Below, piece by piece: positions 8,140-19,002 of a stretch of 64,000 bases of DNA. The stretch is from an uncultured Acidobacteriota bacterium. GTDB lineage: Bacteria > Acidobacteriota > JAQAZP01. Below the pieces are notes generated by a model, which ran no database searches, was not told the DNA's origin, and saw only the letters and a program-made list of their open reading frames with translations. Position numbers and translations under genes: made by a program. Position 1 is the first letter of the stretch; each line of letters opens with the position of its first letter. The stretch spans positions 3,008,001-3,072,000 of the forward strand of contig CAWIIB010000009.1 of NCBI GenBank assembly GCA_963836075.1, in the 5' to 3' direction.

Positions 8140-10527
8140 CTAGGGCAGAGCGACGGTCAGCGTACAACTGGCTGTTGCCGCGTCACCCGAGGGCGGGTAG
8201 GGCGGCTGATTCCAGGGGGCCGGCGTCACGTCCATGGCCGAGAGAGTGAAGATGTTGACCCCGTCGAGAGTACCCAGCGCCGGGATGTTCTGCTCCCAGC
8301 CGGCCTGGAAGTGGCCGCCGGCGGCGATGTTGGTCCAGCCGGCGCGCCAGTTGGCGTATGACGCTCCGCCGGCCAGCACCACGTCGATGCGGGCGGCGGC
8401 CCGGCGGGTCTGCTCCACGTAGAAGTTGTCGATTCGTGCGGCCATGGTTGCGACAAAGGGCGCTGTGCCCGCCGGCGGCGTGCAGGTCAGCTGGGCGCCC
8501 AGCGTCTCCACCGTGGGGTCGATGCCGGTGTGGACCAGTGTGGGGTCGCCGTAGAGGTTGAAGTTGTACATGTTCTGGAATTCGTAGTAGTGGTCCCAGC
8601 CCACGGTGGTGTGGCAGAGGAACTTCGAGTCGTAGAGCGCGTTGCCCACCCGGTTCGGGTCGCTGGGCCCGGCGTGGAGCAGCCGGTTGAACTCGCAGAT
8701 CAGCGACTCTGACCCGCCGCCGTAGGTCAGCCAGTTCAGGCTCACCGCCGCGCCCCGGGTGGCGCTGATCACGCCGGCGGAACCGCCGAACCCCGGCTTG
8801 CAGAGCAGGTGGATGCCCAGGTTGCCCAGGCCGGTGACCTCAGGGTAGCCCACGCTGCAGGAGACGGCGTAGACGATGGCCGGGTGGTCGTCGTCGATGT
8901 TCGAGTCGTCGAGAAAAAAGGCCACGCTGTCCAGTTCGTCCGGGTCACTGCTTTCAGGCACGCCGTCCCCGTCGTCCGAACTCCAGACGGTGCGGGAGAC
9001 TCCGGAAACCCACCCGTGGCAGGCCCAGTTCACCACCGAGAATTCTCCCTCCCGCCAGGCATCGGATACCGCTGCTTCGCTGATCGCCGGCCAGGGGTAG
9101 CGGGACGGCGCCAGCCCAGCCTGTTCGCTCATATGGGTGCAATTCCAGCCGCTCATTGCCTGGTCTTCGATGATGGTCATGCAGTCGCCGCCATCGGAGA
9201 CCGGCTCACCGGAGTGGTCCTCGTTACCGTAGAACATGATCGTGGCCAGGTTCAGTGCGTTGCGCTTCCAGTCACCGGTGTCCTGCTCGAAGGCCACCAG
9301 CTTGTCCAGGGCGTAGGTGATCCAGAAATTGTAGTTGTGGGGAATGCGGCCCACGATCACATCAGCCAGAAAGTCTGGCATGTCCTGGGTGTATTCGCCG
9401 TGGTAGCCGTCACCGTCCGAGTCCCAGGACACATCGTCGTCCCAGGACAGGTCGGCGTAGTAATAGTCGGTGGGCACCGCACCGCCCGGGTTGCCGGGGT
9501 CGGGCCAGTTGTTGGTGTGGTTGTTCGGGTTGGGGAAGCAGTAGCGCATGGGCACGGTGACCACATCGCCAACCAGCAGTACATAGCGGATCCCCAGCGG
9601 TCCGTAGCTGTCGCGGAGATAGTTGCGGATCTGTTCGGCCAGGTCCACCCCGGGCTGGCCGGTGATCGCCGGGTCGGTGATCAACACGATTTTCACCTCG
9701 AAACCCAGCGAGCGCTTCCAGTCCAGGTAGTTCGAGTTGGTGATCCCGTTGACATTGCCTGCGTCGGTAATGATCAGGACGTCGCAACCGGGGAGGGTGA
9801 TGTCGCGGTCTCCCCCGGTTACCGAGTAGAGCGGCGCCATCTGGTTGTAGTTGACGAACAGCCGCCGAGCCTGCTGGTCAGCCGCGGTATCCGCGAGCAG
9901 CGATTCCGTGTGCCGCTGTTCCGCGCTGTCCGGCGCGGGCAGCCGGTAGCGGACGGTGACCCGGGCCGATTCACAGAACGTCAGCCGCCCGGATTGGGGA
10001 TGCCAGGTAAAGGGGTGGAAGGCCACGCTGGCATAGGCGTATTTGCGCAGGGTGCCGGAGCCGGCCAGCTGCGCCGTCGCGGCGGGAAACGGACGGTTCG
10101 ACGAGTAGGCGGCGTCACGGGTGGCCTGCCACTCGGCCTGTAATTCCCTGGCTTGAGGGGAGCGACCGAAAGACCCGTCGAGCAGCCGGATGGGCGGCGC
10201 GGGCGCGATATGCCGGGCCCCGGGGATCTCACGGGTTCCGAGGGGTTGCGCTTCCACGGAGATGGCCCGGGCCCCCGGCGGCAGGGCCACCAGCAGGCTG
10301 CGCACCGGCAGCGCCGGCTCCCCGGGTTTGGCCCGGTACCCGCAGTTTGCCATGGTGACCTTCGTACCGTGGGCTGTTTCCGCCAGTTCGTAATCGTCGG
10401 AGCGAACCTCGAAAGTCAATTCGCCCAGTGATGCGAACCCGCCTTCGGCGGCCATGGTCGATACCGCCGGGGGTGCCAACAGGGCCAGAATCGCTAGAGC
10501 CAGGGGAATTCGGTAGAGATGACGCAT
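8140..10527 (-). CDS. C25 (gingipain-like) cysteine peptidase with propeptide and an unrecognised C-terminal domain
   Basis: Signal peptide; GEPALPV propeptide; YVLLVGD, PTDYYY, VGRIP; catalytic WACHG (His) and AVSC (Cys); NLYGDP. Confidence 0.88.
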   Translation of the reverse strand: MRHLYRIPLALAILALLAPPAVSTMAAEGGFASLGELTFEVRSDDYELAETAHGTKVTMANCGYRAKPGEPALPVRSLLVALPPGARAISVEAQPLGTREIPGARHIAPAPPIRLLDGSFGRSPQARELQAEWQATRDAAYSSNRPFPAATAQLAGSGTLRKYAYASVAFHPFTWHPQSGRLTFCESARVTVRYRLPAPDSAEQRHTESLLADTAADQQARRLFVNYNQMAPLYSVTGGDRDITLPGCDVLIITDAGNVNGITNSNYLDWKRSLGFEVKIVLITDPAITGQPGVDLAEQIRNYLRDSYGPLGIRYVLLVGDVVTVPMRYCFPNPNNHTNNWPDPGNPGGAVPTDYYYADLSWDDDVSWDSDGDGYHGEYTQDMPDFLADVIVGRIPHNYNFWITYALDKLVAFEQDTGDWKRNALNLATIMFYGNEDHSGEPVSDGGDCMTIIEDQAMSGWNCTHMSEQAGLAPSRYPWPAISEAAVSDAWREGEFSVVNWACHGWVSGVSRTVWSSDDGDGVPESSDPDELDSVAFFLDDSNIDDDHPAIVYAVSCSVGYPEVTGLGNLGIHLLCKPGFGGSAGVISATRGAAVSLNWLTYGGGSESLICEFNRLLHAGPSDPNRVGNALYDSKFLCHTTVGWDHYYEFQNMYNFNLYGDPTLVHTGIDPTVETLGAQLTCTPPAGTAPFVATMAARIDNFYVEQTRRAAARIDVVLAGGASYANWRAGWTNIAAGGHFQAGWEQNIPALGTLDGVNIFTLSAMDVTPAPWNQPPYPPSGDAATASCTLTVALP

Positions 10528-10637
10528 GGCGAGGCACTCCTGGTGTTGGGACGTGCAGAATCGGGAATCCGGGCATCCGTGGGAGGTGCACTCCGGCCGA
10601 TCCGGAAACTCCGCATTTTAAACATAGTCAACGAGAC

Positions 10638-11891
10638 TCACCGCGTCAATGCCGGGGGGCCGTTGAGCAGGTTACGGGCTTCGAGATACTTCCACAGCTG
10701 GTGGGCCACCACCATGTTGCCCAGTGGCGAATAGTGCCCGCCGGGCCCCAGGAAATCTCGCGGCGGGTGGGTCCGGCCGGCGCGGGCGAAGGCGTCCATC
10801 ACGTCGATGTACTCGATCTCCTGACGATCAAGATGTTCCATCAGGGGGGTGTAGGATTTGCTCTGGTCCGTGCGGTAATTTCTGATGTCGTCGCCATGGG
10901 GGAAGATGACGGCGACCGGTTTCGATCCGTTGTTGATGACGGCCGTGGAAAATCGTTCGAACAGCCTGGCCGTGACCTGGAACGCCTCTGAACGGGGATT
11001 GAACCGGTCGTCCAGCATGACCGAGTCGGCTGCCCGGTTCTCCCGCAGGTTCCGGCGCAGGATTTTGAGCAGCCGAACCGAGGGCAACACGTCGAAGCGG
11101 CCTTCGCGGTAGTCCATCAGGTAGTGCTGGTCGTGCTTCCCCAGGAGTGCGATGACCTCGCTTTCCCGGTCCAGCAACTGACGGTAGTGGTCTGGTGTGG
11201 GCAGGGGATTGGGCAGGAGTTCCAGCGAACCCCCGGCAAGCAGAAATCTCGGTTTTGCCGCCGGAAGTCCATCCCGGTAGAGAAAGGGACGGTAGACGTT
11301 GACGTGTCTTCTCAGGTTTTCCGTCATGAACCCCATCAGGACGATCCGTGGATTGAAATGCTTTCCCTCCTCCTCGTAGCGCAGCAGTGCCTGGTCGAGG
11401 GCGAACCCCGGCACGCCAAAGTTGAGTACTTCCACTTGCGGGGCAAAACGGCTCAAACTCTCCGTCCAGCTGTCCTTCCCGTTCACTTCGGCCCCGAAAG
11501 TGAACGAATCGCCGAAGGCCAGGATGCGAACCCTGTCCCGGTCAGGGTTCAGGGGGTAGGTCCGCGCGCCCCGCAGCCCCTGCTCGTTGATGGTGATGGT
11601 GTATGAAAACCTGGCAGGATCAACGTCGATCTTTTTCCTCGTTCCCGGTTTGTTGGTCCAACCCAGCGTGGAGCTCAGGGTCCGCTGACCGGCCTTGTCG
11701 TCGATCAGCCTCTGGACCAGGCGGCGGTTCCTCTCGGTGAGCTCGAAACGCACCGGTTCGTAGCGGATGCCCTTCAGCTTGTCCAGCAGTTCCAACCCCG
11801 AGAAGGCGACCAGTTCAACCGCGAACCAGACCAGTGAGCAGAGTGCCAGCCAGAAAACAGCCCGGCGGAAGTTGATGCCCAGTGTGCCCAT
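10638..11891 (-). CDS. Membrane-anchored SGNH/GDSL hydrolase-family protein
   Basis: N-terminal TM; INEQGLRG; AFGDSFTFG; VLNFGVPGF; GHYSPLGN. Confidence 0.8.
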   Translation of the reverse strand: MGTLGINFRRAVFWLALCSLVWFAVELVAFSGLELLDKLKGIRYEPVRFELTERNRRLVQRLIDDKAGQRTLSSTLGWTNKPGTRKKIDVDPARFSYTITINEQGLRGARTYPLNPDRDRVRILAFGDSFTFGAEVNGKDSWTESLSRFAPQVEVLNFGVPGFALDQALLRYEEEGKHFNPRIVLMGFMTENLRRHVNVYRPFLYRDGLPAAKPRFLLAGGSLELLPNPLPTPDHYRQLLDRESEVIALLGKHDQHYLMDYREGRFDVLPSVRLLKILRRNLRENRAADSVMLDDRFNPRSEAFQVTARLFERFSTAVINNGSKPVAVIFPHGDDIRNYRTDQSKSYTPLMEHLDRQEIEYIDVMDAFARAGRTHPPRDFLGPGGHYSPLGNMVVAHQLWKYLEARNLLNGPPALTR

Positions 11892-11892
11892 A

Positions 11893-13353
11893 TCAACCGC
11901 GGTCCATCGGCCGGCGGTGGGATGAACGGAGCCGCTTGACGTGGCGCCAGTGCGCGCCGTCCTTATCGAAGCGGCGGGCCAGCTCAAAGAGCTGCGGCGA
12001 GTAGTTGATCCCCAGGCCGGGTACGATCCAGTGGGGCCGGCTGCTCACCCGTTGGAGGATCCCCTCTTCGAAGCCGTCGCGCACGGCCGGTGAGATGTAG
12101 TGGGTGGGGGAGAGCAGGTCGTTCCCGGGGTCGATGGCCCCATCGGCGATGGCCCGGCGCTGCAGCTCGGTGCCGGGCAGCACCCGCATGGCCAGCGCGG
12201 CCAGCACGGCGGTGGGGTCCAGACGGTCGGCCAGGGCAAAGGTTTCTTCCACGGTTTCCCAGGTTTCCCCGGGGCCGCCGAAGATGAAGTTGAAGCAGAA
12301 GGGCAGGCCCATCCGGTGGCAGAGTTCGGCTGCCTTTTCCAGGTGCTGCAGCTCCATGTCCTTGCCGTACGATTCCAGCATCGACGCCGAGCCGGCGTCG
12401 GGGGTGAACTCCAGCCCCAGCACCCCGGAGTCGATCATCAGCCCCAGCAGTTCCTCGTCCACGGCCAGGGGGTTGAGATAGGTCTCCCAGCGGACGTTCA
12501 ACTTGCGACGGACCATCTCGCGGCAGACCTCCTTGGCATGGTCCAGGGGCAGGTTGAAGATGTTGTCCACAAAGGTGAAGCGCTCGGCGCCCCAGCGGCC
12601 CCTGGCCTGCTCCATCTCGTCAACCACCGAGGCCGGCGAACGGAGCCGGAACGACCGCCCTTCCAGCAGGGGGTAGACGCAGTAGGTGCAATGGAGCGGG
12701 CAGCCGCGCTTGGTCTGGATGTTGAAACTGGCCCCGGCTTTGAGATAGCCGGGAATGTCCAGCAGGTCCCGGGCCTCTGGGGAGACCTGGCCCGGCCAGC
12801 CCTGCTCGGGCCACCCGGCGGGGGCCGAAATGATTTCCGAAGGCACCCGGTTGATGGCGCCGCCGGGATCACGGAAGACCGCGCCGGGTATGGATTCCGG
12901 TGAGCGGCCCCCCAGCAGCACCTCCTCCACCAGCCGCACCGCGGAGGCCTCGCCCTCGCCGGCCAGGCCGAGATCCAGCCCCAGGTAGTCCAGTGCCGGT
13001 TCGGGGCAGACGGTGAAGCCGGACCCGCCGATGAACAGCCGGGCATCACTCTGCTCTCTCAGGGCGTGAATGAAGTCGCCGATCTCCGGCAGATAGCAGA
13101 CCGGGCCGGGCCAGCTGGTATTGTCCAGGTTGCGCATGGAGAGGCCGACGATGGCGGGGCGGAGGCCGGCCACCAGCCCTGCCGCTTCGTGCCGGTCAGC
13201 GGTACCGCACATGGCGAGGTCCACCACCTTGACCTGGTGCCCGGCGCGGAGCAGGGCGGTGGCGGCGCAGGCCAGCCCGATGGGGATCACCGGGCTGGGC
13301 AGCCGCTCCCGGTTGAGCGAGACAAGGACGATATCGGCCTTTCCCCCGCTCAC
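11893..13353 (-). CDS. B12-binding radical SAM enzyme resembling the lipid-biosynthesis-associated TIGR04072 type
   Basis: N-terminal cobalamin-binding region (PIGLA...GLSMRNLDN...GGSGF..GEGE); QTKRGCPLHCTYC motif. Confidence 0.85.
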   Translation of the reverse strand: MSGGKADIVLVSLNRERLPSPVIPIGLACAATALLRAGHQVKVVDLAMCGTADRHEAAGLVAGLRPAIVGLSMRNLDNTSWPGPVCYLPEIGDFIHALREQSDARLFIGGSGFTVCPEPALDYLGLDLGLAGEGEASAVRLVEEVLLGGRSPESIPGAVFRDPGGAINRVPSEIISAPAGWPEQGWPGQVSPEARDLLDIPGYLKAGASFNIQTKRGCPLHCTYCVYPLLEGRSFRLRSPASVVDEMEQARGRWGAERFTFVDNIFNLPLDHAKEVCREMVRRKLNVRWETYLNPLAVDEELLGLMIDSGVLGLEFTPDAGSASMLESYGKDMELQHLEKAAELCHRMGLPFCFNFIFGGPGETWETVEETFALADRLDPTAVLAALAMRVLPGTELQRRAIADGAIDPGNDLLSPTHYISPAVRDGFEEGILQRVSSRPHWIVPGLGINYSPQLFELARRFDKDGAHWRHVKRLRSSHRRPMDRG

Positions 13354-14666
13354 GATTCACTCCTTTCGGCGATGAACGCTTGGTGGATCGCTTTGCTGAA
13401 GGAGATGTTCTGGCTCAGGTAGTAGGTGAAGTTGAGTTTCGAATCCTTGAGCCGCTGACGTATCTTCTCCTCGCTGTGAACCTCCAGCATGGTCCGCTGG
13501 TAACCTTCCAGCAGCGCCTCGGGTGTCATCCCCTCCGGCTTGTAGACCACGTGCTGGGTGTCGAACTCCTCCCAGCGGTGGTGCAGGACACGGCCCTGCT
13601 CCTCCATCCGCTGCGCCAGCCGGGTGCCGGGGAAGGGGGTGAGGATGCCGCAGAGCACGGCGTCCAGCTGCGCGGCCATGGCGAACTCGAGGAAACGATC
13701 GAAGCAGCCCTCACCCTCACCGTCGAGGCCGAAGATGAACGACCCCTGGACGCCGAGGCCGGCGTCGTGGATTTTTCTCACCACCTCAAGATACTCCTCC
13801 ACGCGGTTGAAGCGCTTTGACGAGTCGTTGAGCAGTTGCTGGTCCAGCGACTCGAAGCCGAGGAAAAGGCCCAGGCAGCCGCTGCCGGCACAGGCCTCAA
13901 GCAGGTCCGGGCGGTTGGCGATGGCCAGCGAGGACTGCCCCCACCAGCGGATGTCGAACTCCTTGAGCAGGCCGAACACGTCGAAGGCGTGGCTGCGGTG
14001 CCCGATGATGTTGTCGTCCACCACGAAGAGGTAGCTGCGGCTGAAGGCCTGCAGTTCGGTGCGCAGGGTATCCAGCGGCCGGCGGCGAAAGGTGTTGCCG
14101 TAGTAGGCGGTGACCGTGCAGAACTCGCAGTCGTGGGGGCAGCCGCGGGTGGTCTGCAGCAGGCTTTTCATAAAGTAGGGTTTTTGCTCCACCAGTTCCT
14201 GGCGCAGGGGCGGGACCACGCGCAGGTCCACCAGCTCCGGGTGGCGGTAGACCCCCCTCATCTCGCCCTGCTTGAAGTCGCGCAGCACGCGGGGCAGGAT
14301 CCCCTCCGCCTCGCCCACCACCACCGCGTCGGCGTGCTCCAGCGCCTCCCCGGGCAGGGCCGAGGCATGGATGCCGCCCAGCAGCACCGGGACTCCCCGC
14401 TGCCGGTAGCGGTCGGCGATGGCATAGGCCCGCGGGGCCAGCGGGGTGAGGGTGGTGATGCAGACCAGGTCGGGATTGTCGTCGAGGTCCAGCGGCTCCA
14501 CCGCCTCGTCGGTCACCGAGACCTCCCAGCCGTCCTCCCCGGTGGGGAAGAGCGAGGCCAGGGTGTAGATGCCGAGCACCGGAAACTTCAGGCGCAGCCG
14601 GTCCTGGAGGCTGCCCTCCGGCCAGCAGGGATTGATCAGTTTGGCCCGGCGCCGCGCTCCGCTCAT
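13350..14666 (-). CDS. B12-binding radical SAM enzyme
   Basis: GGIHAS..GEAE B12 domain; TTRGCPHDCEFC; overlaps both neighbours (ATGA/GTGA). Confidence 0.88.
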   Translation of the reverse strand: MSGARRRAKLINPCWPEGSLQDRLRLKFPVLGIYTLASLFPTGEDGWEVSVTDEAVEPLDLDDNPDLVCITTLTPLAPRAYAIADRYRQRGVPVLLGGIHASALPGEALEHADAVVVGEAEGILPRVLRDFKQGEMRGVYRHPELVDLRVVPPLRQELVEQKPYFMKSLLQTTRGCPHDCEFCTVTAYYGNTFRRRPLDTLRTELQAFSRSYLFVVDDNIIGHRSHAFDVFGLLKEFDIRWWGQSSLAIANRPDLLEACAGSGCLGLFLGFESLDQQLLNDSSKRFNRVEEYLEVVRKIHDAGLGVQGSFIFGLDGEGEGCFDRFLEFAMAAQLDAVLCGILTPFPGTRLAQRMEEQGRVLHHRWEEFDTQHVVYKPEGMTPEALLEGYQRTMLEVHSEEKIRQRLKDSKLNFTYYLSQNISFSKAIHQAFIAERSES

Positions 14667-15583
14667 TCCCGGTCCCCGTTTCCCCAGTAGGGATAGAAGT
14701 TGAACCACTGGTCAGGGTACTCGCCGATCCATCCCTCGAACACCCGGGCCAGCGCCTGAATGGTCTGCCGGGCGCACTCCTCGTCATTGATCCGCCCGGG
14801 GAGCGGCATCAGCGGGTCGGAAGTCACCGATTCGTAGCGGCCCTCGCCGTCCATCATGATCGCGCAGGGGACGATGGGCGTATTGGTGAAGCGGGAGACC
14901 AGGGCCGGGGAGCGCATCATCGGAGTCCGGCGGCCGAAGAACTCCACTTCGATGCGGTCGCGGCCGTGACAGCGGTCGGCCAGCAGGGCCACCACCTCGT
15001 TCCGGGCCAAAACGTCGCGGACCTTGAACAGGGTGCCCAGGTCCTGTCCCACGTAGAGTGTCCGCACCCCGCGGTGGGTCCGCTTGCTCAACCGCATCTC
15101 CTCCACCTCGGGATCATCCTCGGCTATGGCCAGCGCATTGATCGGGTAGCCGTAGCGGCTGAAGGTGATGCCCCCCAGCTCCCAGTTGCCCAGGTGGGCG
15201 GCGGCCAGGATCAGCCCTTTGCCATCGTCCAGCAGCTCGAGGCACTGCTCCAGGCCCGAAATCCGGGAGAAGAGGAAGTCCATGGGCACTTCGGGCCGGT
15301 TGCTGTAGCGCAGGTAATCGGCCACACAGCGGCCATAGTTGCGGAAGGTCTGCCGGGCCAAGCGGTTCCGCTCCCGCCGGCCGATGCCCGGCTTGACCAC
15401 CTCCAGGTTGGCGCGGATGGCCTCCCGCGGCCCTTTCAAGCTGTACGCGGCCCAGAGCATCACCAGGTCCACGCAACGGTAGAGCAGGGCGCGGGGAGCC
15501 ACGCTGCAGATCCACTCGGCAACGGTGAAAACCTTGCCGGTATTCAGTGAGTGGTCCACCCACCCGGTTTTTGCTTCGTCCAT
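14663..15583 (-). CDS. LpxL/HtrB-family lipid acyltransferase
   Basis: GLILAAAHLGNWELGG; ALLADR; VEFFGR; YPDQWFNFY. Confidence 0.88.
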   Translation of the reverse strand: MDEAKTGWVDHSLNTGKVFTVAEWICSVAPRALLYRCVDLVMLWAAYSLKGPREAIRANLEVVKPGIGRRERNRLARQTFRNYGRCVADYLRYSNRPEVPMDFLFSRISGLEQCLELLDDGKGLILAAAHLGNWELGGITFSRYGYPINALAIAEDDPEVEEMRLSKRTHRGVRTLYVGQDLGTLFKVRDVLARNEVVALLADRCHGRDRIEVEFFGRRTPMMRSPALVSRFTNTPIVPCAIMMDGEGRYESVTSDPLMPLPGRINDEECARQTIQALARVFEGWIGEYPDQWFNFYPYWGNGDRE

Positions 15584-15706
15584 CTACTCACCTCGGCAGT
15601 CCGCTACTGTCCTGGCAAACGGCCGGACCCGGCGCCCGATGGAAAACCATCGGGGCAGACTCTTCTTACGGACGTCTATTATATATGGATTCGGTGGTGA
15701 GATGGA

Positions 15707-17984
15707 TCAGCCGTCGGCTTCCAGCAGGATGGTGAACTCGGTGCCGTCCAACACCTCGCTGTTGATGCTGATCCGGCCTCCGTGGTCCTCGACGATCTTG
15801 CGGGTGATGGGCAGCCCCATCCCCATCCCCTGGGGCTTTGAGGTGAGCAGGTTGCCACCTTGCTCGAAACGCTGGAACAGGCGTTCGTGGTCCGCCGGCG
15901 GAATGCCCGGTCCCCGGTCGCGGATGGTGATGCGCACCACCGGGTAGCGCATGTCGTGGTTGCCCTGGTGGATGGTCTCAGCCGCCAGCTGGATATCGGT
16001 GTCCGTGGGGGAGAACCTGGAGGCATTTTCCAGCAGGTTGGTGAACACCGTGAACAACCGCTGGGAATCGCCCAGTACCGGCAGCACCGGCTTGCGCAGG
16101 CGGATGATGAGTTTCTGGCTCTTGGCCCGCAGCCGGGCCTTCAGCTCCCGGGCCACCTTGACCACCAGCTCGCCCAGCTCGACCTTCTCCTGCTTCGGCC
16201 TCTGCGTCTCCGATTCCAGCTCGGTGTAGTAGAGCACCCGGGTGGTCATCTGGTGCAGTTTCTCCGCCTCGCTCTTGATGATATCGAGGAACTCCTGCCG
16301 GGTTTCCGCCGGCTCGTCGGCGAAGGAGCGCAGTAACTCGGTGTAGGAGACGATGGAGGTCAGCGGCGTTTTCATCTCGTGGGAGACCGAGGAGAGGAAG
16401 CGGTCCTTGGCGGTGTCCGCCTCCTTGAGCATGCTCAGCGCGTCGCTCAGCTCCCGGGTCCGCTCAGACACCTTGCGGGCCAGCGAGGCCCTTTCGGTTT
16501 TCAGCTCCTCGTAGAGAAAGGCGTTTTCGATGCCCGCCGCCGCCTGGTGGGTCAGCACGGTGAGAAACCGCAGGTGCTGGCTGTCGAAGGTCACTGAAGG
16601 GTCGGTGCTGTAAACGCAGATCATCCCCCGCGGTTTCTTTCCCGATACCAGGGGAGCGCTCATCATCGAGACGATGTCGCGGCACGATTCCTGGACTTCG
16701 CCGAGAAAGAGGTCCTGGTGGATGTCGGAAAAGACCAGCGGCTCCCGGCGCATGGCCAGCTGATAGGCCGCACTGCCGGTGCCGGGAATGAAGATGGAGT
16801 TGAGCGGGTCGCGCTCCAACCCGTGGAGCGATTGTTCTTCCAACTTTGTCGACGAACTGTCGAACAGCAGCAGCGAGCCCTGGCTGCCGCCGGAGCTGTT
16901 TACCGCCTGCTTCAGCATCTCCTTCAGCATCTCGTCAAGGTCGAGCGATGAATTGATGATACCGCCGATGTCGCTGAGCGTCACCAGCTCGTTGACCCGC
17001 TGGGCCAGCAGGCTCTGGGTCTCCACCAGGACGTGGTACTTGTTCGGAGAGCACGATGTTCGAGCGGACCGATTCCTGGAGCTGTTCCTCTATCTTCAGG
17101 CCGCTCCGCCGGGTTTCGGCGCGGGTGACCAGGTTCTCCGTGGACTCCAGGTCATCGGTGTTGTAGATGTCGCCGGTGAGGCTCATCGAGGCGGTCTGGT
17201 CGCTGTCCTCATTGTTCTCGCCCAGCCGCGGCAGCGGTTTCAAACTGGTGGCGGCCGCCGGGGGCGTGTCGTCAGCCTGGTCGTCGCCGGTCTCCGCCCC
17301 CCGCCGGGGCGCGGTGGCCGGATCGACAACGTAGCGCGAGAGCTGGCGCTCGATGTCCCCGGCAATCCGGTCGGTGTTGAATGCGTCGCCCATCGAGCCG
17401 AAGCGCTCCCTGAAAGAGAGGAGCATCGCCTTGATCACCTCGACGAAACTCTCCATCACGCCCACGCCGGTGGTGGCCACGGTGAGCTGGTGGGGTGCGC
17501 CCCGCTGGTTGAGTGCCTCCTCCATCTCTTGGGGGGTGGAGAGGGGATGGAGATCCTGCTTGTTGAACTGCAGCACCAGGGGCATGGTCATGTAGCTCAG
17601 GCCGTTGGCCTCCAGGTTCTCCTTGAGGTCCTTGATGCTCTTACGGTTCTCTTTGGCCATTTTCTTTTGGGAATCGGCCACGAAAACCACGGCATCGGCA
17701 CCGGCCAGCACCACCCGCCGGGTGGCGCTGTACTGCACCTGGCCGGGAACGGTGTAGAGCTTCACCTTCAGGGTATGACCGAGAACGTTGGCCACGGTGA
17801 GGGGCAACAGGTCGAAGAACAGTGTCCGGTCCTGGGCCGTGTTCATCGAGATCATCGGCTGGGAATTGTTCGGATCGGTGAGCCGGTGGATGGTCTGCAG
17901 TGACGTGGTTTTTCCACCCAGCGGGGGGCCATAATAGACCACCTTGGCATTGATGATTTTTTCGGAATGGTTGATCTGGACCAT
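15707..17984 (-). CDS. MglA-like small GTPase-GAF-histidine kinase fusion, split by a +1 frameshift near 17040-17045
   Basis: ORF 16935-17984 has KVVYYGPPLGGKTT, DRTLFFD, LYTVPGQ and NKQD. ORF 15707-17026 has GAF, SHEMKTPL H-box, NLLENA, DRGPGI and GMGMGL. Removing one base joins them (..SNIVLS.KYHVLVETQSLL..). Confidence 0.75.
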
Positions 17985-18063
17985 GATTCCGTCGGTATCC
18001 CTTTATGGCACAATGGGTTGTTCCGGTTTCACATTGGGTCAACCGTCATATCGGCAAGACCGG

Positions 18064-19002
18064 TCAGACACTGAACAGCTTTCCCTGCCAGCTGTCCCTG
18101 TTTTCCATGGTGCGGTTGATGTCGTTGAGGATGGATGACTTGCGATTGATCCAGGCCGGCGCCACCAACAGGGCCTCGGGGCAGTCGGCCTGCAGGCGGT
18201 GGATCACCGTTGCCGGAGGGAGGATCTCCAGCAGGTCACAGACCTGCTCCACGTACTGGCGGGGGCCCATCAGCGGCACCCGTCCCTGGTAGTAGCGCCG
18301 TTCCAGCACGGTATCCCGCACCACATGGAGCAGGTGCAGTTTCACTCCCTGCACCTTCAGCCGGGTGAGGAAGCGGGCACTGGCCATCATTTCACGCGGC
18401 CCTTCCCCGGGAAGTCCGAGAATCAGGTGGGCCACCACCTCGATGCCGGCCGCGCGGCAACGGGTGACCGCCTCTTCGAACTCGGCGGCGCTGTGGCCGC
18501 GGTTGATCGCCGACAGGGTCCGGTCGCTGGCCGTCTGCAGCCCCAGTTCGAGCCACAGGGGGTGCCGCCGGCTGAGGTCGGCCAGGCAGTCGAGCACCGG
18601 GCCGGGCAGGCAGTCGGGCCGGGTTCCGATGGCCAGCCCCACCACGCCGGGGCAGGCGAGCGCCTCCTCGTAGAGCGCCCGCAACTGGTCGGGGAGGCCG
18701 TGGGTGTTGCTGAACGACTGGAAGTAGGCGATATACCGCTCGGCCTTGCGGCGTCCGGCGGCGATCCCCTCGGCGATCTGCCGGCGCACCGGAAGGCGCG
18801 CCCGGCCGGGGCTGAAACTCGAGTTGTTGCAGTAGATGCAGCCGCCAGTGCCGGTGGTGCCGTCACGGTTGGGACAGCTGAACCCGGCGTCCACCGGCAC
18901 CTTGAAAACCGGGCCGCCGAAACGTTGGCGCAGATATGGGCCGAGGGCGCGGTAGCGCCGGTCGCCGGGGAAGGGCAGCATAGCCGGGATTGGTTTTGCC
19001 AT
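18064..19002 (-). CDS. TIGR01212/YhcC-family radical SAM protein
   Basis: DAGFSCPNRDG..GGCIYC; YFQSFSNT; IGTRPDC; ELGLQT; INRGH; GVKLH. Start codon uncertain. Confidence 0.9.
   Translation of the reverse strand: MAKPIPAMLPFPGDRRYRALGPYLRQRFGGPVFKVPVDAGFSCPNRDGTTGTGGCIYCNNSSFSPGRARLPVRRQIAEGIAAGRRKAERYIAYFQSFSNTHGLPDQLRALYEEALACPGVVGLAIGTRPDCLPGPVLDCLADLSRRHPLWLELGLQTASDRTLSAINRGHSAAEFEEAVTRCRAAGIEVVAHLILGLPGEGPREMMASARFLTRLKVQGVKLHLLHVVRDTVLERRYYQGRVPLMGPRQYVEQVCDLLEILPPATVIHRLQADCPEALLVAPAWINRKSSILNDINRTMENRDSWQGKLFSV

Noticed and set aside
15612-15656. Possible c-di-GMP-I riboswitch (GGCAAAC followed by a hairpin)
   Set aside because: The GAAA tetraloop/receptor and GACGCAAAG elements are missing, and it faces opposite to the flanking genes. 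Only a CCCGATGG-AAAA-CCATCGGG hairpin is supported.
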